Shown: positions 12,474-25,175, numbered from the stretch's first letter. The stretch: DNA of 64,000 nt from Ranitomeya imitator (GCF_032444005.1 NC_091283.1:812758001-812822000), one strand, 5' to 3'. Numbers and translations: made by a program. Notes: generated by a model not told the origin, from the letters alone.

Positions 12474-13215
12474 TGTCATGATCCCAATAGCAGGGGATCA
12501 CAAAAATGACAAGCACAGATACAAACAAGCTCTAGGGCGATGGAACCTGAGCTGACCGTGACCCTAAACCTAACACACAAATAAAAGTAGCCGGGGAACG
12601 TGCCTACGATGATCCTAGACATCTCGCTCCAGCCGAAGATCTAACTTCCCCTATCAGAAGAAACACAGACCTCTCTTGCCTCCAGAGAAATACCCCACAG
12701 CAAATAGCAGCCCCCCACATATAATGACGGTGAAATGAGAGGAAAGCACATACGTAGTATGAAAACAGTTTCAGCAAAATGAGGCCCGCTAAAGCTAGAT
12801 AGCAGAGGATACAAAAGTGAACTGCGCGGTCAGCGAAAAACCCTTCAAAAAACCATCCTGAAATTACTTAAACTCATGTGCCAACTCATGGTACATGAAA
12901 AGCAATTTCAGCCCACTAGAGCAACCAGCAGCAGAGAATCACATATCTGCAGGCTGGACTAAAACCCAAATTGAGCAAAACACAAAACAGGAAAATCCAA
13001 ACTTAGCTTGTCCAGAAGGTTCTAGGAGCAGGGAGCAGAGGTAACAAGACACACTGGATACATTGATAACCGGCAAGGAAATGCCAGCAAAGCCAGGTTA
13101 AATAGGAAACTCCCATATGCTGATGGAACAGGTGGAACCCAGAAACCCAGGAAAGACAAGTCACCCAGTACCATCAGTAACCACCAGAGGGAGCCCAAAA
13201 ACAGAACTCACAACA
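12474..13215 (-). repeat. 5' LTR of gypsy element
   Basis: 742 bp TG..CA; TATA-like TATTTAA at 13104-13098 on the minus strand. Confidence 0.97.
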
Positions 13216-14603
13216 GTTAATTCCAAGTTGGCTGTCCAACCTTTATACTTAAAAAGACACGGTGGCAACTTGTGGGGGCCGGGGCGTCTCTAGGTTCCCT
13301 ATAAAAAGCCTCAGGCCAACAGTCATACGGGTTTGTCCTATCCGCACCATCTGGGGGACAGAGAGGAGTAACAACAGTGAGGACCTTATGGTAGCTTATG
13401 CAAGTAGGGACCTACTGAGTTACTGTGCGCTAAGGGAAGGCTATTGAATTCCACCTGGATAAGGGTACTCTGGATATTGCCTTCAGACCGTCTGGACTCT
13501 GCCTACCTCGTGGTCCCTGCCCTCGACTGTGGATGCTGAAGCCTTCAGTAAAGGTAAAGAGACTGCACCCCTGTGTCCTCGTAATTCACTGCGCCTTGCA
13601 CCATCCACCATCTACACTCTGGGAAGCCCTGGGGACATACTTCACCTGTGGGAAGGTACACCATCTAGCTGCCATAACATCACCCCAGCGGACCCCTAAG
13701 CAGCGTCGGTCACCCTGACCGAATACCACAGGTGGCATCACGAACACTACCCTATATCATAAACTGTTGTCTCTTTTATTGGACGCCCCTCAAAGGGCCA
13801 CGGACCATGTCCAGCCACCGTGACATCCCCACCGACTACAGAAGAAGGGCCCGGATCCGAGTACCCCATTGCCCTGATGTGGGGCGCTCCATATACTGTG
13901 CTCTATACTTGGCTCTATACATGCTACCACAGTCTGTATAGGATTATTCTGCCCTGTATTTCTTCCTCATTGCCTCAGCTGTTCAGTGTTGGCCACTCTC
14001 CTCTGGTATATATGCTTGCCACTGGCACTTGTGAATTGCCAGTGATAATAATTCACACTTCCAGGTTTGGTGTTGGAGGAGAAGTTCCGTGTTTGGAGTA
14101 GGCAGTTGGAGAGTATCCAGGAGATTTCTGGGTGATGTTGGTTTGCAAGTTTATCCTCATCCTCTCCCATTTGGTTTCTCCTTCCTATTTCTCCCGTTTC
14201 CCACTCTGTTGTTTTGTGAGTGTATTTGTTTGATTGTAATTTTCTTTTACCCCAGTCTGTCTATTCTTCTCAGTCTGGTTAGTATAATCCTATACACTTC
14301 AGCCTCCTCCTGAGTGGGGGAGCTAACAGATAATGGTTAAGATAGGGGCATAGCTAGGTCCAAGACCATCCATCTGTTTAATCCCTTTGTTCTGATCCAC
14401 CATCTGCCTGGTATTTTCACCTCCTTGTATCACGGGCCACAAGACTGCAGTGTCTGATTTCTCCCACTCCTGCACTGATTAGAAGAACTTCACCTTCATA
14501 TTAAATGGTCTAACTTTCTTTTTAAAGCATCAGTGCGTGCGCTCCTAATGTGTTGTCAGCCAATTGCTGGAAGGTACTTAATACTTAAGGCACCTCCACC
14601 TGT

Positions 14604-15386
14604 TGTGAGGTGCCTGAGCAACATTCTCCTTTATTGTTGGTGCAACTACTAAGTTGCCAGGACCTATCCCTGAACATGTTTGTATCTAAATCTGGATTTT
14701 TCTCTGAACCTGCTGTGTCTGAACCAGTACTTATCCCTAAACCTCCTGTGACTGAACCAGTACTTATCCCTAAACCTCCTGTGTCTGAACTGGTTCTATC
14801 TCTAAACTTGCAGTGTCTGAACCAGTACCTATCTCTAAACCTGCAGTATCTGAACCAGTACCTTTCTCTAAACCTGCAGTATCTGAACCCGTACCACCTA
14901 TCTCTAAACCTGCAGTGTCTGAACCAGTACCACCTATCTCTAAACCTGCAGTGTTTGAACCTATCGCTATTCTGTTGTTGCTGTACAGCATTAGTGATCT
15001 GTATGTACACTTGCTTCTTCATTGTAAGTACCTTGTTCCGTACCTGACCAGACTCACGGTTCCATATCTGGCTACACCTGTGGTTCCGTACCTGTCAGTG
15101 ATCCAGTTCTTCCTGAAGCTGTTCCTGTCATGTATATCAGCTGTGCCCACCTGCAGTACCTGCCTGCACCTGACGTTACAGTGTCCTATCCCTTTGGGGG
15201 TCAGCTACTGTGCGTTCGAGGTCTGTTCTGGAGTAGCACCAGGCGTTCACCCGCAGCCAAGTCTAAACCCATCATCAAGGGCTCTAGCAATGAGTCGGGT
15301 GTTCTCTTAACCATGCCTCTCCAGGCTCTCCTCGGTCAACGTCAAAGTTGGTCTACGAACCACGTGCGCCACCTGCGCCCGTAACG
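14604..15386. mobile_element. Probable solo LTR with internal ~30-bp tandem repeat (about 14700-14960)
   Basis: TGTGAGG start, GTAAC(G) end, near-identical 5-bp flanks CCTGT/CCTGC; internal CTAAACCTGCAGTGTCTGAACCAGTAC repeats. Confidence 0.5.
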
Positions 15387-15429
15387 CCTGCATCAGCTAC
15401 AACAGTGTTTACTGGCCCTCGGATTAGGT

Positions 15430-17490
15430 AAACACTGTATAAGGGCCTTGACATTAGCAACCACACTGTATAATGGCTCAGCATTAGCTCCCACACTGTA
15501 TAATGGCCCCAACATTAGCATCTACGCTGTATAATGGCCCAGCATTACCTCTTACCTGTATAAGGGCCTCAACATTAGCTTCTACGCTGTATAATGGCCC
15601 CAGCATTAGCTCCCATGCTGTATAATGGCCCCTGATTTAGCTCCCATGCTGTATAATGGCCCCTGCATTAGCTCCAATGCTGTATAAGGGTCCCAACATT
15701 AGCTCCCATGCTGCATAATGGCCCCTGCATTAGCTCCCACGCTGTATAATGGCCCCTGCATTAGCTCCCATACTGTATAAGGGTCGCAGCATTAGCTCTC
15801 AAGCTGTATAATGGCCCCTGCATTAGCTCCCACGCTGTATAATGGCCCCTACATTAGCTCCCATGCTGTATAAGGGTCCCAGCAATAGCTCTTATGCTGT
15901 ATAATGACCCCAGAATTAGCTCCCACGCTGTATAATGGCCCCAGCATTAGCTCCTATGCTGTATAATGGCCCCAGCATTAGCTCCCAAACTGTATAAGGG
16001 CCCCAGCATTAGCTCCCACACTGTCTAATGGCCCCAGCATTAGCTCCCATGCTGTATAATGGCCCCAGCATTAGCTCCTATGCTGTATAATGGCCCCATC
16101 ATTAGCTCCTATGCTGTATAATGGCCCCAGCATTAGCTCCTATGCTGTATAATGGCCCCAGCATTAGCTCCTATGCGTAAGATGACCCCAGCATTAGCTC
16201 CCACGCTGTCTAATGGTCCGAGCATTAGCTACCAAGCTGTATAAAGGCCCCAGCATTAGCTCCCATGCTGTATAATGGCCCCAGCGTTAGCTCCAACACT
16301 GTCTAATGGCCCCAGCATTAGCTCCCATGCTGTATAAGGGCCCCAGCATTAGCTCGCACGCTGTATAATGGTCCGAGCATTAGCTACCAAGCTGTATAAA
16401 GGCCCCAGCATTAGTTCCCACACTGGATAATGGCCCCGGCATTAGCTCTTACGCTGTATAAGGACCCCAGCATTAGCTCCCATGCTGTATAATGGCCCCA
16501 GCATTAGCTCCCACACTGTCTAATGGGGCCAGCATTAGCTCCCATGCTGTATAATGGCCCCAGCATTAGCTCCTATGCTGTATAATGACCCTCGCATTAG
16601 CTAATATGCTGTATAATGACCCTTGCATTAGTTCCCACACTGGATAATGGCCCCGGCATTAGCTCTTACGCTGTATAAGGACCCCAGCATTAGCTCCCAT
16701 GCTGTATAATGGCCCCAGCATTAGCTCCCACACTGTCTAATGGGGCCAGCATTAGCTCCCATGCTGTATAATGGCCCCAGCATTAGCTCCCACACTGTAT
16801 AATGGCCCCAGCATAAGCTCCCATGCTGTATAATGGCCCCAGCATTAACTCCCACACTGTATAATGGCCCCAGAATTAGCTCCCACACTGTATAATGGCC
16901 CGGCATTAGCTCCTATGCTGTATAATGTCCCCAGCATTAGCTCTTATGCTGCATAATGGCTGCGGCATTAGATCCCACTCTGTATAATGGCCCCAGCATT
17001 AGCTCCTATGCTGTATAATGGCCCCAACATTAGCTCCCACGCTGTATAATGACCCTCGCATTAGCTCCTATGCTGTATAATGGCCCCAGCATTAGCTCCC
17101 ACGCTGTATAATGACCCTCGCATTAGCTCCCATGCTGTATAAGGGCCCTAGCATTAGCTCCTATGCTGTATAAGGGCCCTAGCATTAGCTCCTATGCTGT
17201 GTAATGACCCCAGCATTAGCTCCTATGCTGTATAATGACCCTCGCATTAGCTAATATGCTGTCTAATGAACCTCGCATTAGTTTCCACACTGGATAATGG
17301 CCCCGGCATTAGCTCTTACGCTGTATAAGGACCCCAGCATTAGCTCCCATGCTGTATAATGGCCCCAGCATTAGCTCCCACGCTGTATAAGGGCCCCAGC
17401 ATTAGCTCCCATGCTGTATTAGGACCCCGGCATTAGCTCTTATGCTGTATAATGTCCCCACATTAGCTCCCACACTGTATAATGGCCATG
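15430..17490. repeat. 31-bp minisatellite (GCATTAGCTCCCATGCTGTATAATGGCCCCA), about 66 copies
   Basis: Period 31 read directly (units at 16501 and 16532). Confidence 0.96.
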
Positions 17491-18761
17491 CACTAGTTAT
17501 TAGTGATAACCGTGTTCAAACAGACAAGCATTCACGATTATTGGCATCACTAAATCGGCCATTAGTTGTTCTCTACTGATCTGTGTTACATCAGCACTTT
17601 ATTACTAGGTCATGTTGTATTACAGTATCAGCCAGGGGCGGCATGAGCCCAGCAAATAACACAAGAGATAAGATATGGATATCAGCAGATGCAGATGTGT
17701 CGCCAAAAATGACAAGAGCAACCGCTAAGGAATGTTATAATTTCAGGAAATAAAAGTTATTTTATTATATGATTAAAAGTTACGCATTGGTTTTTCAAGA
17801 CCTCTGCTTGCCTAAATTTAATGGCAACCTTCATCGTTCACTTTCAGGGAATATAAAAGTCTGTCTTGTTCATGCAGTAATCACACTGGTTTATGATTCA
17901 TTACAAGTGAGTAACAAGCAATGCAGTTGTGTCTCCCTGCTTGTGGTATTGGTTTATTCTGGTAAGAATCTGCTTCCCAAATGCACAACTTTTAAAATAA
18001 TGCTTATTGAAATATTTCTACCGTTCTGTTGCTGCAGTATCTGAAAGCCCTTTAGCCCAGTGTCTGCAAAAAAAAGATAAAAATATTTAAGAGCTGCTCT
18101 TCAGTTTCGAAGGCTCTCTACCAGGGTTATACACAGATCTCAATAATGTGAAGAGATGAAAGAGCGTTTACAGTCTTATGGAGGGCAGAGAAAACAGGTT
18201 GAAGATAAGGGATGAAGAGGAAGTAGGTGCAGGATAGAAGCTGTGCTGATAATGAAGACAGCAGCATCCTGGTGTCACAGACACACACAGACCTCTCATA
18301 CCCAGCCTATATTACTGGGAGAAACATTATCACGAAAGAAAAATATCTGAAATTGGGATCATACAGCAAAATAAAAGAAGGAATGAAAATTGCTGACCCG
18401 ATTTTAGTGCAATTTTATTAAACGCAATGTGACTATTGATTCATGCTTCCCAAACCACAGGCAGCAAGAATCAGTCCCTGGCTCTGTCATTTCAGGCAGG
18501 TATGTTTTACTCTGAAGTGCTGCAGCAATTAAGAACCATGTGAGGACCCTCCAGCTCGAGTGACTTGTGCAAGAGGCCTGAAAAGTTGATGATTGTTGAG
18601 GGTCTGACTGCTCAGACCCCCAGAAATCACAAGCACAGTGCTCAGCAGCTGCATCCTTAATGCAGCCGAGTTGCCTATGTGCAGCTTTCAATCCGTTCAT
18701 TCATTCATTGTCTATAGGACTGACAGAAATAGCTAAGCGTTGTGCTTTGCAGTCCAATAGA

Positions 18762-18924
18762 CATGGGGTCCCCAACTCCAGTCCTCAAGGCCCACCAACA
18801 GGTCATGTTTTCAGGATTTCCTTTGCATTGCACAGGTGATGCAATTATTACCTGGGCAAGACTAAGGAAATCCTGAAAACATGACATGTTGGTGGGCCTT
18901 GAGGACTGGAGTTGGGGACCCCTG
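18762..18924. mobile_element. hAT-like MITE (fold-back)
   Basis: Long TIRs GGGGTCCCCAACTCCAGTCCTCAAGGCCCACCAACA..; CAATAGA(C) duplicated on both flanks (7-8 bp). Confidence 0.75.
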
Positions 18925-20157
18925 CAATAGACAATGAATGGAGTGGAGGCTGAGTATGCATACCTCCGCACCATTCAGGATAGGACTACTAAGCCTTGCT
19001 CTCAAAGCTCCCAAACCTCATTATGAACCCAAATTATTCCCGCTCTTACTTTTTTTTTGATCCTTTGAATATTTTTTGGGTGAGAATGGAAAATAGATTT
19101 TTTTTTTTGCTATAAAATGGTGTCAGATCAGAAGAAATATAACCTGGGAGGACTGTCAATGGTTCTTAGATGCCACCATACAAGGAAGGTGCAACCAGAG
19201 ATATGTAAGAGTCACCACCATGTCCCGTCCCATCAGCAGTCCTACATATCCTCCTTTATATGACAGCAGTGTATTACTTCTAATTCAGAAAATAATATTA
19301 TTTCTTCTGTAATTTCCTGATCCTTTGTGCATAATTTTTTTTGTGCCACTTTACAAAGCACAATATTGAGATAACACATTGTAACCAAAAAATATAAGTG
19401 TGGATCAGACAAGTCATACAGTGTTTACCGGGTGCGATGAGCATTAGTTTGTTACATCAGTACCTGTGATTCTCTCTAGTTATCTGATAATATCCAGGAT
19501 ACAGTCATAGGTTTTGTTGCTTTGTACCCAACATTTACTGAATATTGGATCTCCAGAGTTCTCCACCGAGGAGGCTGGTGCCCTTCATTCTGCATGCCTG
19601 GGTACGAGGGTCTCTGGACACATTTCAGCTTGAAGTTTATGGACTCGAAAGTTAATGCGCCACAATCTGCTCGCTGCCGGTGACATTGAGCTCCGTCCAA
19701 AGGAGAACTGCTTGGCTAATGGCTCAAAGGCTTCCGATGGTATAATAGCAAAAAGAGTTACATCCAGGTACGGACTGGGACTAAAATTCAGCCCTGGCAT
19801 TTGCAATCACACAGGCCCATGTTGTCCCCGTTTCCAAGCAACAGGTAGGGATATATTACTAACATTATCGTGGATGGAGGAAAGCAAGATTTACTACAAG
19901 ACCAATATTTCTAATGATACCTGTGGCCGGCTGGGGTAAGTGACAGAGTCAGTGACTTTGTGGTCCATCAGAACTGTTAACAGTATTGGAGTCTTGAGAA
20001 CAGTGATTCTGCTAACAACGTAGCAGACAAGGCGGCCCATGACCAGACAGGCCCTTATGGCATTTGCCAGAATTGCCCAATGGCCAGTCCTGCCCTGGTT
20101 ACACCTGACCAATATACTCACTGCCATGCTGCCGCTTCCATAGTCCCCCACCATTCT

Positions 20158-21183
20158 CTCCTCACCTGGCTCCCCGCTTGTCTTCTCACCTGGCTCTCCG
20201 CCGGACTCTGCTCCTCACCAGGCTCTACGCCGGACTCTGCTCCTCCCCTGGCTCTCCGCTGGATTCTGCTCCTCACCAGGCTCTCCGCCAGACTCTGCTC
20301 CTCACCTGGCTCTCCGCCGGACTCTGCTCCTCACCTGGCTCTCCGCCAGACTCTGCTCCTCACCTGGCTCTCCGCCGGACTTTGCTCCTCACCAGGCTCT
20401 CAGCTAAGACTCTGCTCCTCACCAGGCTCTCAGCTAAGATTCTGCTCCTCACATGGCTCTCCGCCAGACTCTGATCCTCACCAGGCTCTCAGCTAAGATT
20501 CTGCTCCTCACATGGCTCTCCGCCAGACTCTGATCCTCACCAGGCTCTCAGCTAAGATTCTGCTCCTCACATGGCTCTCCGCCAGACTCTGCTCCTCACC
20601 AGGCTCTCAGCTAAGACTCTGCTCCTCACCTGGCTCTCCAACGGACTCTGCTCCTCACCTGGCTCTCCGCCGGACTCTGCTCTTCACCAGGCTCTCAGCT
20701 AAGACTCTGCTACTCACCTGGCTCTCCAACGGACTCTGCTCTTCACCTGGCTCTCCGCCGGACTCTGCTCCTCACCAGGCTCTCAGCTAAGACTCTGCTC
20801 CTCACCTGGCTCTCTGCCGGACTCTGCTCCTCACCTGGCTCTCAGCTAAGACTCTGCTCCTCACCTGGCTCTCCGCCAGACTCTGCTCCTCACCTGGCTC
20901 TCCGCCAGACTCTGCTCCTCACCTGGCTCTCCGCCGGACTCTGCTCCTCACCTGGCTCTCCGCCGGACTCTGCTCCTCACCTGGCTCTCCGCCGGACTCT
21001 GCTCCTCACCTGGCTCTCCGCCGGACTCTGCTCCTCACCTGGCTCTCAGCAAAGACTCTGCTCCTCACCTGGCTCCCCACCAGACTCTGCTCCTCACCTG
21101 GCTCTCCTCCAGACTCTGCTCCTCACCTGGCTCTCCGACGAACTCTACTCACCTGGCTCTCCACGGGCCTCTACTCACCTGGC
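20158..21183. repeat. 29-bp minisatellite (CTCTGCTCCTCACCTGGCTCTCCGCCGGA), about 35 copies
   Basis: Period 29 (units at 20881 and 20910). Confidence 0.96.
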
Positions 21184-22127
21184 ACTGCTGCGGAAAATTC
21201 TGCGCGGAAACGTTGCAGATTATTCACCGCGAATGAAGGTAACTACAGGTCATTGACCTACTTTACATTCATTCGCTGGGGTTTTACAGTCAGGAGCACA
21301 GCTGCATTATAGCAGAGCTCCTGGCTGTAAAAAAAATTAACCCCTTCAGATGGATTTACAACGTGGGACGTTACAGATCCTCGGAAGGTATGTATATTGT
21401 TGGTTTATTATTTTTTCTTTGTCACAGAGCGAGGGTCTTCAGGTGGATTACCAGAATAATAAAATATTCAAACAACCTGTGTTTTTATTTCATTAAAAGA
21501 CTTTTCTATAATGTGTGTGTGTTTTTATTAACCATTTCATGCTATTGGATTAATAATGGATAGGTGTCATAATTGACGCCTCTCCATTATTAATCTGGCT
21601 GAATGTCACCTTACAATAGCAAGGTGGCATTAACCCTTCATTACCCCATATCCCACCGCTACACGGGAATGGGAAGAGAGTGGCCAAGTGCCAGAATAGG
21701 CGCATCTTCCAGATGTGCCTTTTCTGGGGTGGCTGGGGGCAGATGTTTTTAGCCATGGGGGGGCCAATAACCGTGGACCCTCTCCAGGCTATTAATATCT
21801 TGCGCTGGATGAAATATTAATTAATATATATATATATATGTGTCTCACTAACATATATATATATATATATATATAGACAGTACATATGTTTTTATTATTT
21901 TTTGAGCACATGGATCCCTTGTATATCCGTATGTCGGTTTTGCAAGCCTGCGAGAAAATCTCGCAGTACGGATGCCATACGGATTACATACGGAGGATGC
22001 CATGCGCAAAATACGCTGACACACCCTGCCTACGGAGGAGATACGGACCACTATTTTGGGGACTTTTCTGCGTATTACGGCCGTAAATTACGGACCGTAT
22101 TTTTATACGCTGAGTGTGACGCCGGCC
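21184..22127. mobile_element. Non-autonomous PIF/Harbinger-like element, right portion
   Basis: Ends GTGTGACGCCGGCC|TAA; shares internal motifs with 34301-35250; left end not found. Confidence 0.5.
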
Positions 22128-23907
22128 TAACATGTAAACTATGCAATAGTATATGATCCGTGTAAATGTACACCTGGATGATGACTTTTTATTTTATGGT
22201 AACTCACGGTCACGGGATGACGTGTGGCATTTTGATTCCTTTGTTGTTTTGCGTGAAGACCATGTGTGGACCCAAATATCTTAAACCATTATGTCTATGT
22301 ATAAATCTTTATATATAGAACATAAATGGATTTAACCAATTAAGGGTGGTTTGCACGTTAATGACCGGGCCATTTTTTACAATTCTGACCACTGTCCCTT
22401 TATGAAGTTATAACTATGGAACACTTCTACAGATCTTGATGATTCTGATACTGTTTTCTCGTGACATATTGTACTTCATGATAGTGGTAAAATTTCTTCG
22501 ATATAACTTGCGTTTATTTGTGAAAAAAACGGAAATTTAGTGAAAAATTAGAAAATTTCGCAATTTTCCAACTTTGAATTTTTATGCAATTAAATCACAG
22601 AGATATGTCACACAAAATACGTAATAAGTAACATTTCCCACATGTCTCCTTTATATCAGCACAATTTTGGGACCAACATTTTTTTTTGTTAGGGAGTTAT
22701 AATGGTTAAATGTTGACCAGCAATTTGTCATTTTTACAACACCAATATGTTTTAGGGACCACATCTCATTTGAAGTCATTTTGAGGGGTCTATTTGATAG
22801 AAAATACCCAAGTGTGACACCATTCTAAAAACTGCACCCCTCATGGTGCTCAAAACCACATTCAAAAAGTTTACCCTTCAGGTGTTTCACAGGAATTTTT
22901 GGAATGTTTAAAAAAAAAATTAACATTTAACATTTTTTCACAAAAAATTTACTTCAGCTCCAATTTGTTTTATTTTACCAAGGGTAACAGGAGAAAATGG
23001 ACCCCAAAAGTTGTTGTACAATTTGACCTGAGTACGCCGATACCCCATATGTGGGGGTAAACCACTGTTTGGGCGCATGGCAGAGCTCGGAAGGGAAGGA
23101 GCGCCATTTGACTTTTCAATACAAAATTGACTGGAATTGAGATGGGACGCCATGTTGCGTTTGGGGAGCCCCTGATGTGCCTAAACATTGAAACCCCCCA
23201 CAAGTGACACCATTTTGGAAAGTAGACCCCCTAAGGAACTTATCTAGATGTGTGGTGAGCACTTTGACCCGCAAAGTGCTTTACAGAAGTTTATAATGCA
23301 GAGCTGTAAAAATAAAAAATCATATTTTTCACACAAAAATTATCTTTTCGCCCCCAATTTTTATTTTCCCAAGGGAAAGAGAAGAAATTGGACCGTAAAA
23401 GTTGTTGTGTAATTTGTCCTGAGTACGCTGATACCCCATATGTGGGGGTAAACCACTGTTTGGGCGCATGGCAGAGCTCGGAAGGGAAGGAGCGCAGTTT
23501 GACTTTTCAATGCAAAATTGACTGGAATTGCGATGGGACACCATGTTGCGTTTGGAGAGCCCCTGATGTGCCTAAACATTGAAACCCCGACAAGTGACAC
23601 CATTTTGGAAAGTAGACCCTCTAAGGAACTTATCTAGATGTGTTGTGAGAGCTTTGAACCCCCAAGTGTTTCACTACAGTTTATAATGCAGAGCCGTGAA
23701 AATAAAAAAATTTTTTTTTTCTTCACAAAAATGATTTTTTTAGCCCCCAGTTTTGTATTTTCCCAAGGGTAACAGGAGAAATTGGGCCCCAAAAGTTGTT
23801 GTCCAATTTGTCCTGAGTACGCTGATACCCCATATGTGGGGGGAACCACCGTTTGGGTGCATGGCTGAGCTCGGAAGGGAAGGAGCCCTGTTCGGAATGC
23901 AGACTTA

Positions 23908-24340
23908 AGGCCCCGTCACACATAGCGACGCTATAGCGATCCCGACAACGATACGACCTGTCAGGGATCGTTGCTGCGTCGCTATGTGGTCGCTGGTGAG
24001 ATGTCACACAGCGCGATCTCCCCAACGACGCAGCAGCGGCGAACTGTAGCGACCGGTAGCGACCTGTAGAACGATACTATTTCATGATGATTCAATGGGA
24101 CGTCCTGTCAACGAGGTCGTTGGTAAGGTGTCAAACACAGCGATGTGTGCTACCCAGCGGGACCTCAACGATCAAAAAATGGTCCAGGCCATTCCGACAC
24201 GACCAGCGATCTCACAGCAGGGGCCTGATCGCTGCTACGTGTCACACATAGCGAGATCGCTACTGAGATCGCTGTTGCGTCACAAAACTTGTGACTCAGC
24301 AGCGATCTCGCTAGCGATCTCGCTATGTGTGACGGGGGCT
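23908..24340. mobile_element. PIF/Harbinger-like MITE
   Basis: TIR AGGCCCCGTCACACATAGCGA; TTA target duplication at 23905-23907 and 24341-24343; interrupts one 390-bp unit. Confidence 0.8.
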
Positions 24341-24820
24341 TTAGATGGTATGGTCTGCAGGCGTCTCAATGCGTTTCCAGAGCCCCTAATGTACCTAAAC
24401 AGTAGAAACCCCCCACAAGTGACCCCATATTGGAAACTAGACCCCCCAAGGAAGTTATCTAGATGTTTTTTGAGAACTTTGAACCCCTAAGTGTTTCATT
24501 ACAGTTTATAACGCAGAGCCGTGAATATAAAAAAATCATTTTTTCCACAAAAATTATTTTTTAGCCCTCAGTTTTGTATTTTCCCAAGGGTAACAGGAGA
24601 AATTGGACCCCAAAAGTTGTTGTCCAATTTGTTCCGAGTACGCTGATACCCCATATGTTGGGGTAAACCCCTGTTTGAGCACATGGGAGAGCTCGGAAGG
24701 GAAGGAGCATTGTTTTACTTTTTCAACGCAGAATTGGCTGGAATTGAGATCGGACGCCATGTCGCATTTGGAGAGCCCTTGATGTGCCTAACAGTGAAAA
24801 CCCCCCAATTATAACTGAAA

Positions 24821-25082
24821 CCCTAATCCAAACACACCCCTAACCCTAATCCCAATGGTAACCCTAACCACACCCCTAACCCTGACACACCCCTAACCCT
24901 AATCCCAACCCTAATCCCAACCGTAAATGTAATCTAAACCCTAACCCTAACTTTAACCCCAACCCTAACCCTAACTTTAGCCCCAACCCTAACTGTAGCC
25001 TTAACCCTAGCCCCAACCCTAACCCTAGCCCAAACCCTAGCCCTAACCCTAGCCCTAACCCTAGCACTAACCCTAACCCTAA
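24821..25082. repeat. Degenerate interstitial telomere-like repeat (CCCTAA)n with CCCTAG and CCCCAA variants
   Basis: Direct reading. Confidence 0.92.
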
Positions 25083-25175
25083 TGGGAAAATGGAAATAAA
25101 TACATTTAGTTTTATTATTTTTCCCTAACTAAGGGGATGATGAAGGGGGGTTTGATTTACTAAAATACACACTAA

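Larger units (their letters stand above)
7497..13215 (-). mobile_element. Full-length Ty3/gypsy LTR retrotransposon, chromovirus (Tf1/sushi-like)
   Basis: Two 742-bp TG..CA LTRs; gag with CCHC knuckle; pol order PR-RT-RH-IN-chromodomain; PPT; GTTAAT duplicated on both flanks. Confidence 0.98.
6938..13891. mobile_element. Solo LTR (about 1.23 kb: 6938-7496 plus 13222-13891) split by the full-length gypsy element
   Basis: Starts TGCAGCGCCCCA and ends TGGGGCGCTCCA (TG..CA with terminal inverted repeat); 4-bp TSD TATA at 6934-6937 and 13892-13895; satellite on both sides; no coding capacity. Confidence 0.8.

Noticed and set aside
14000-14400. Possible decayed LTR fragment resembling the 49002-49621 family
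   Set aside because: Resemblance is only impressionistic, with no termini or TSD, so it is not listed as a feature.
14585-15310. ORFs with SEPV/DTAGL-type repeats
   Set aside because: Products of the ~30-bp tandem repeat inside a probable solo LTR.
15430-17490. CRISPR-like array (29-37-bp repeats here and elsewhere)
   Set aside because: Repeats are head-to-tail without unique spacers, there are no cas genes, and the context is eukaryotic with spliced genes.
1078-17490. Hundreds of TATAAT hexamers resembling bacterial -10 boxes
   Set aside because: Part of satellite units in a vertebrate genome.
24821-25082. True telomere or chromosome-fusion site
   Set aside because: Short, degenerate, single orientation and embedded within a transposon derivative.
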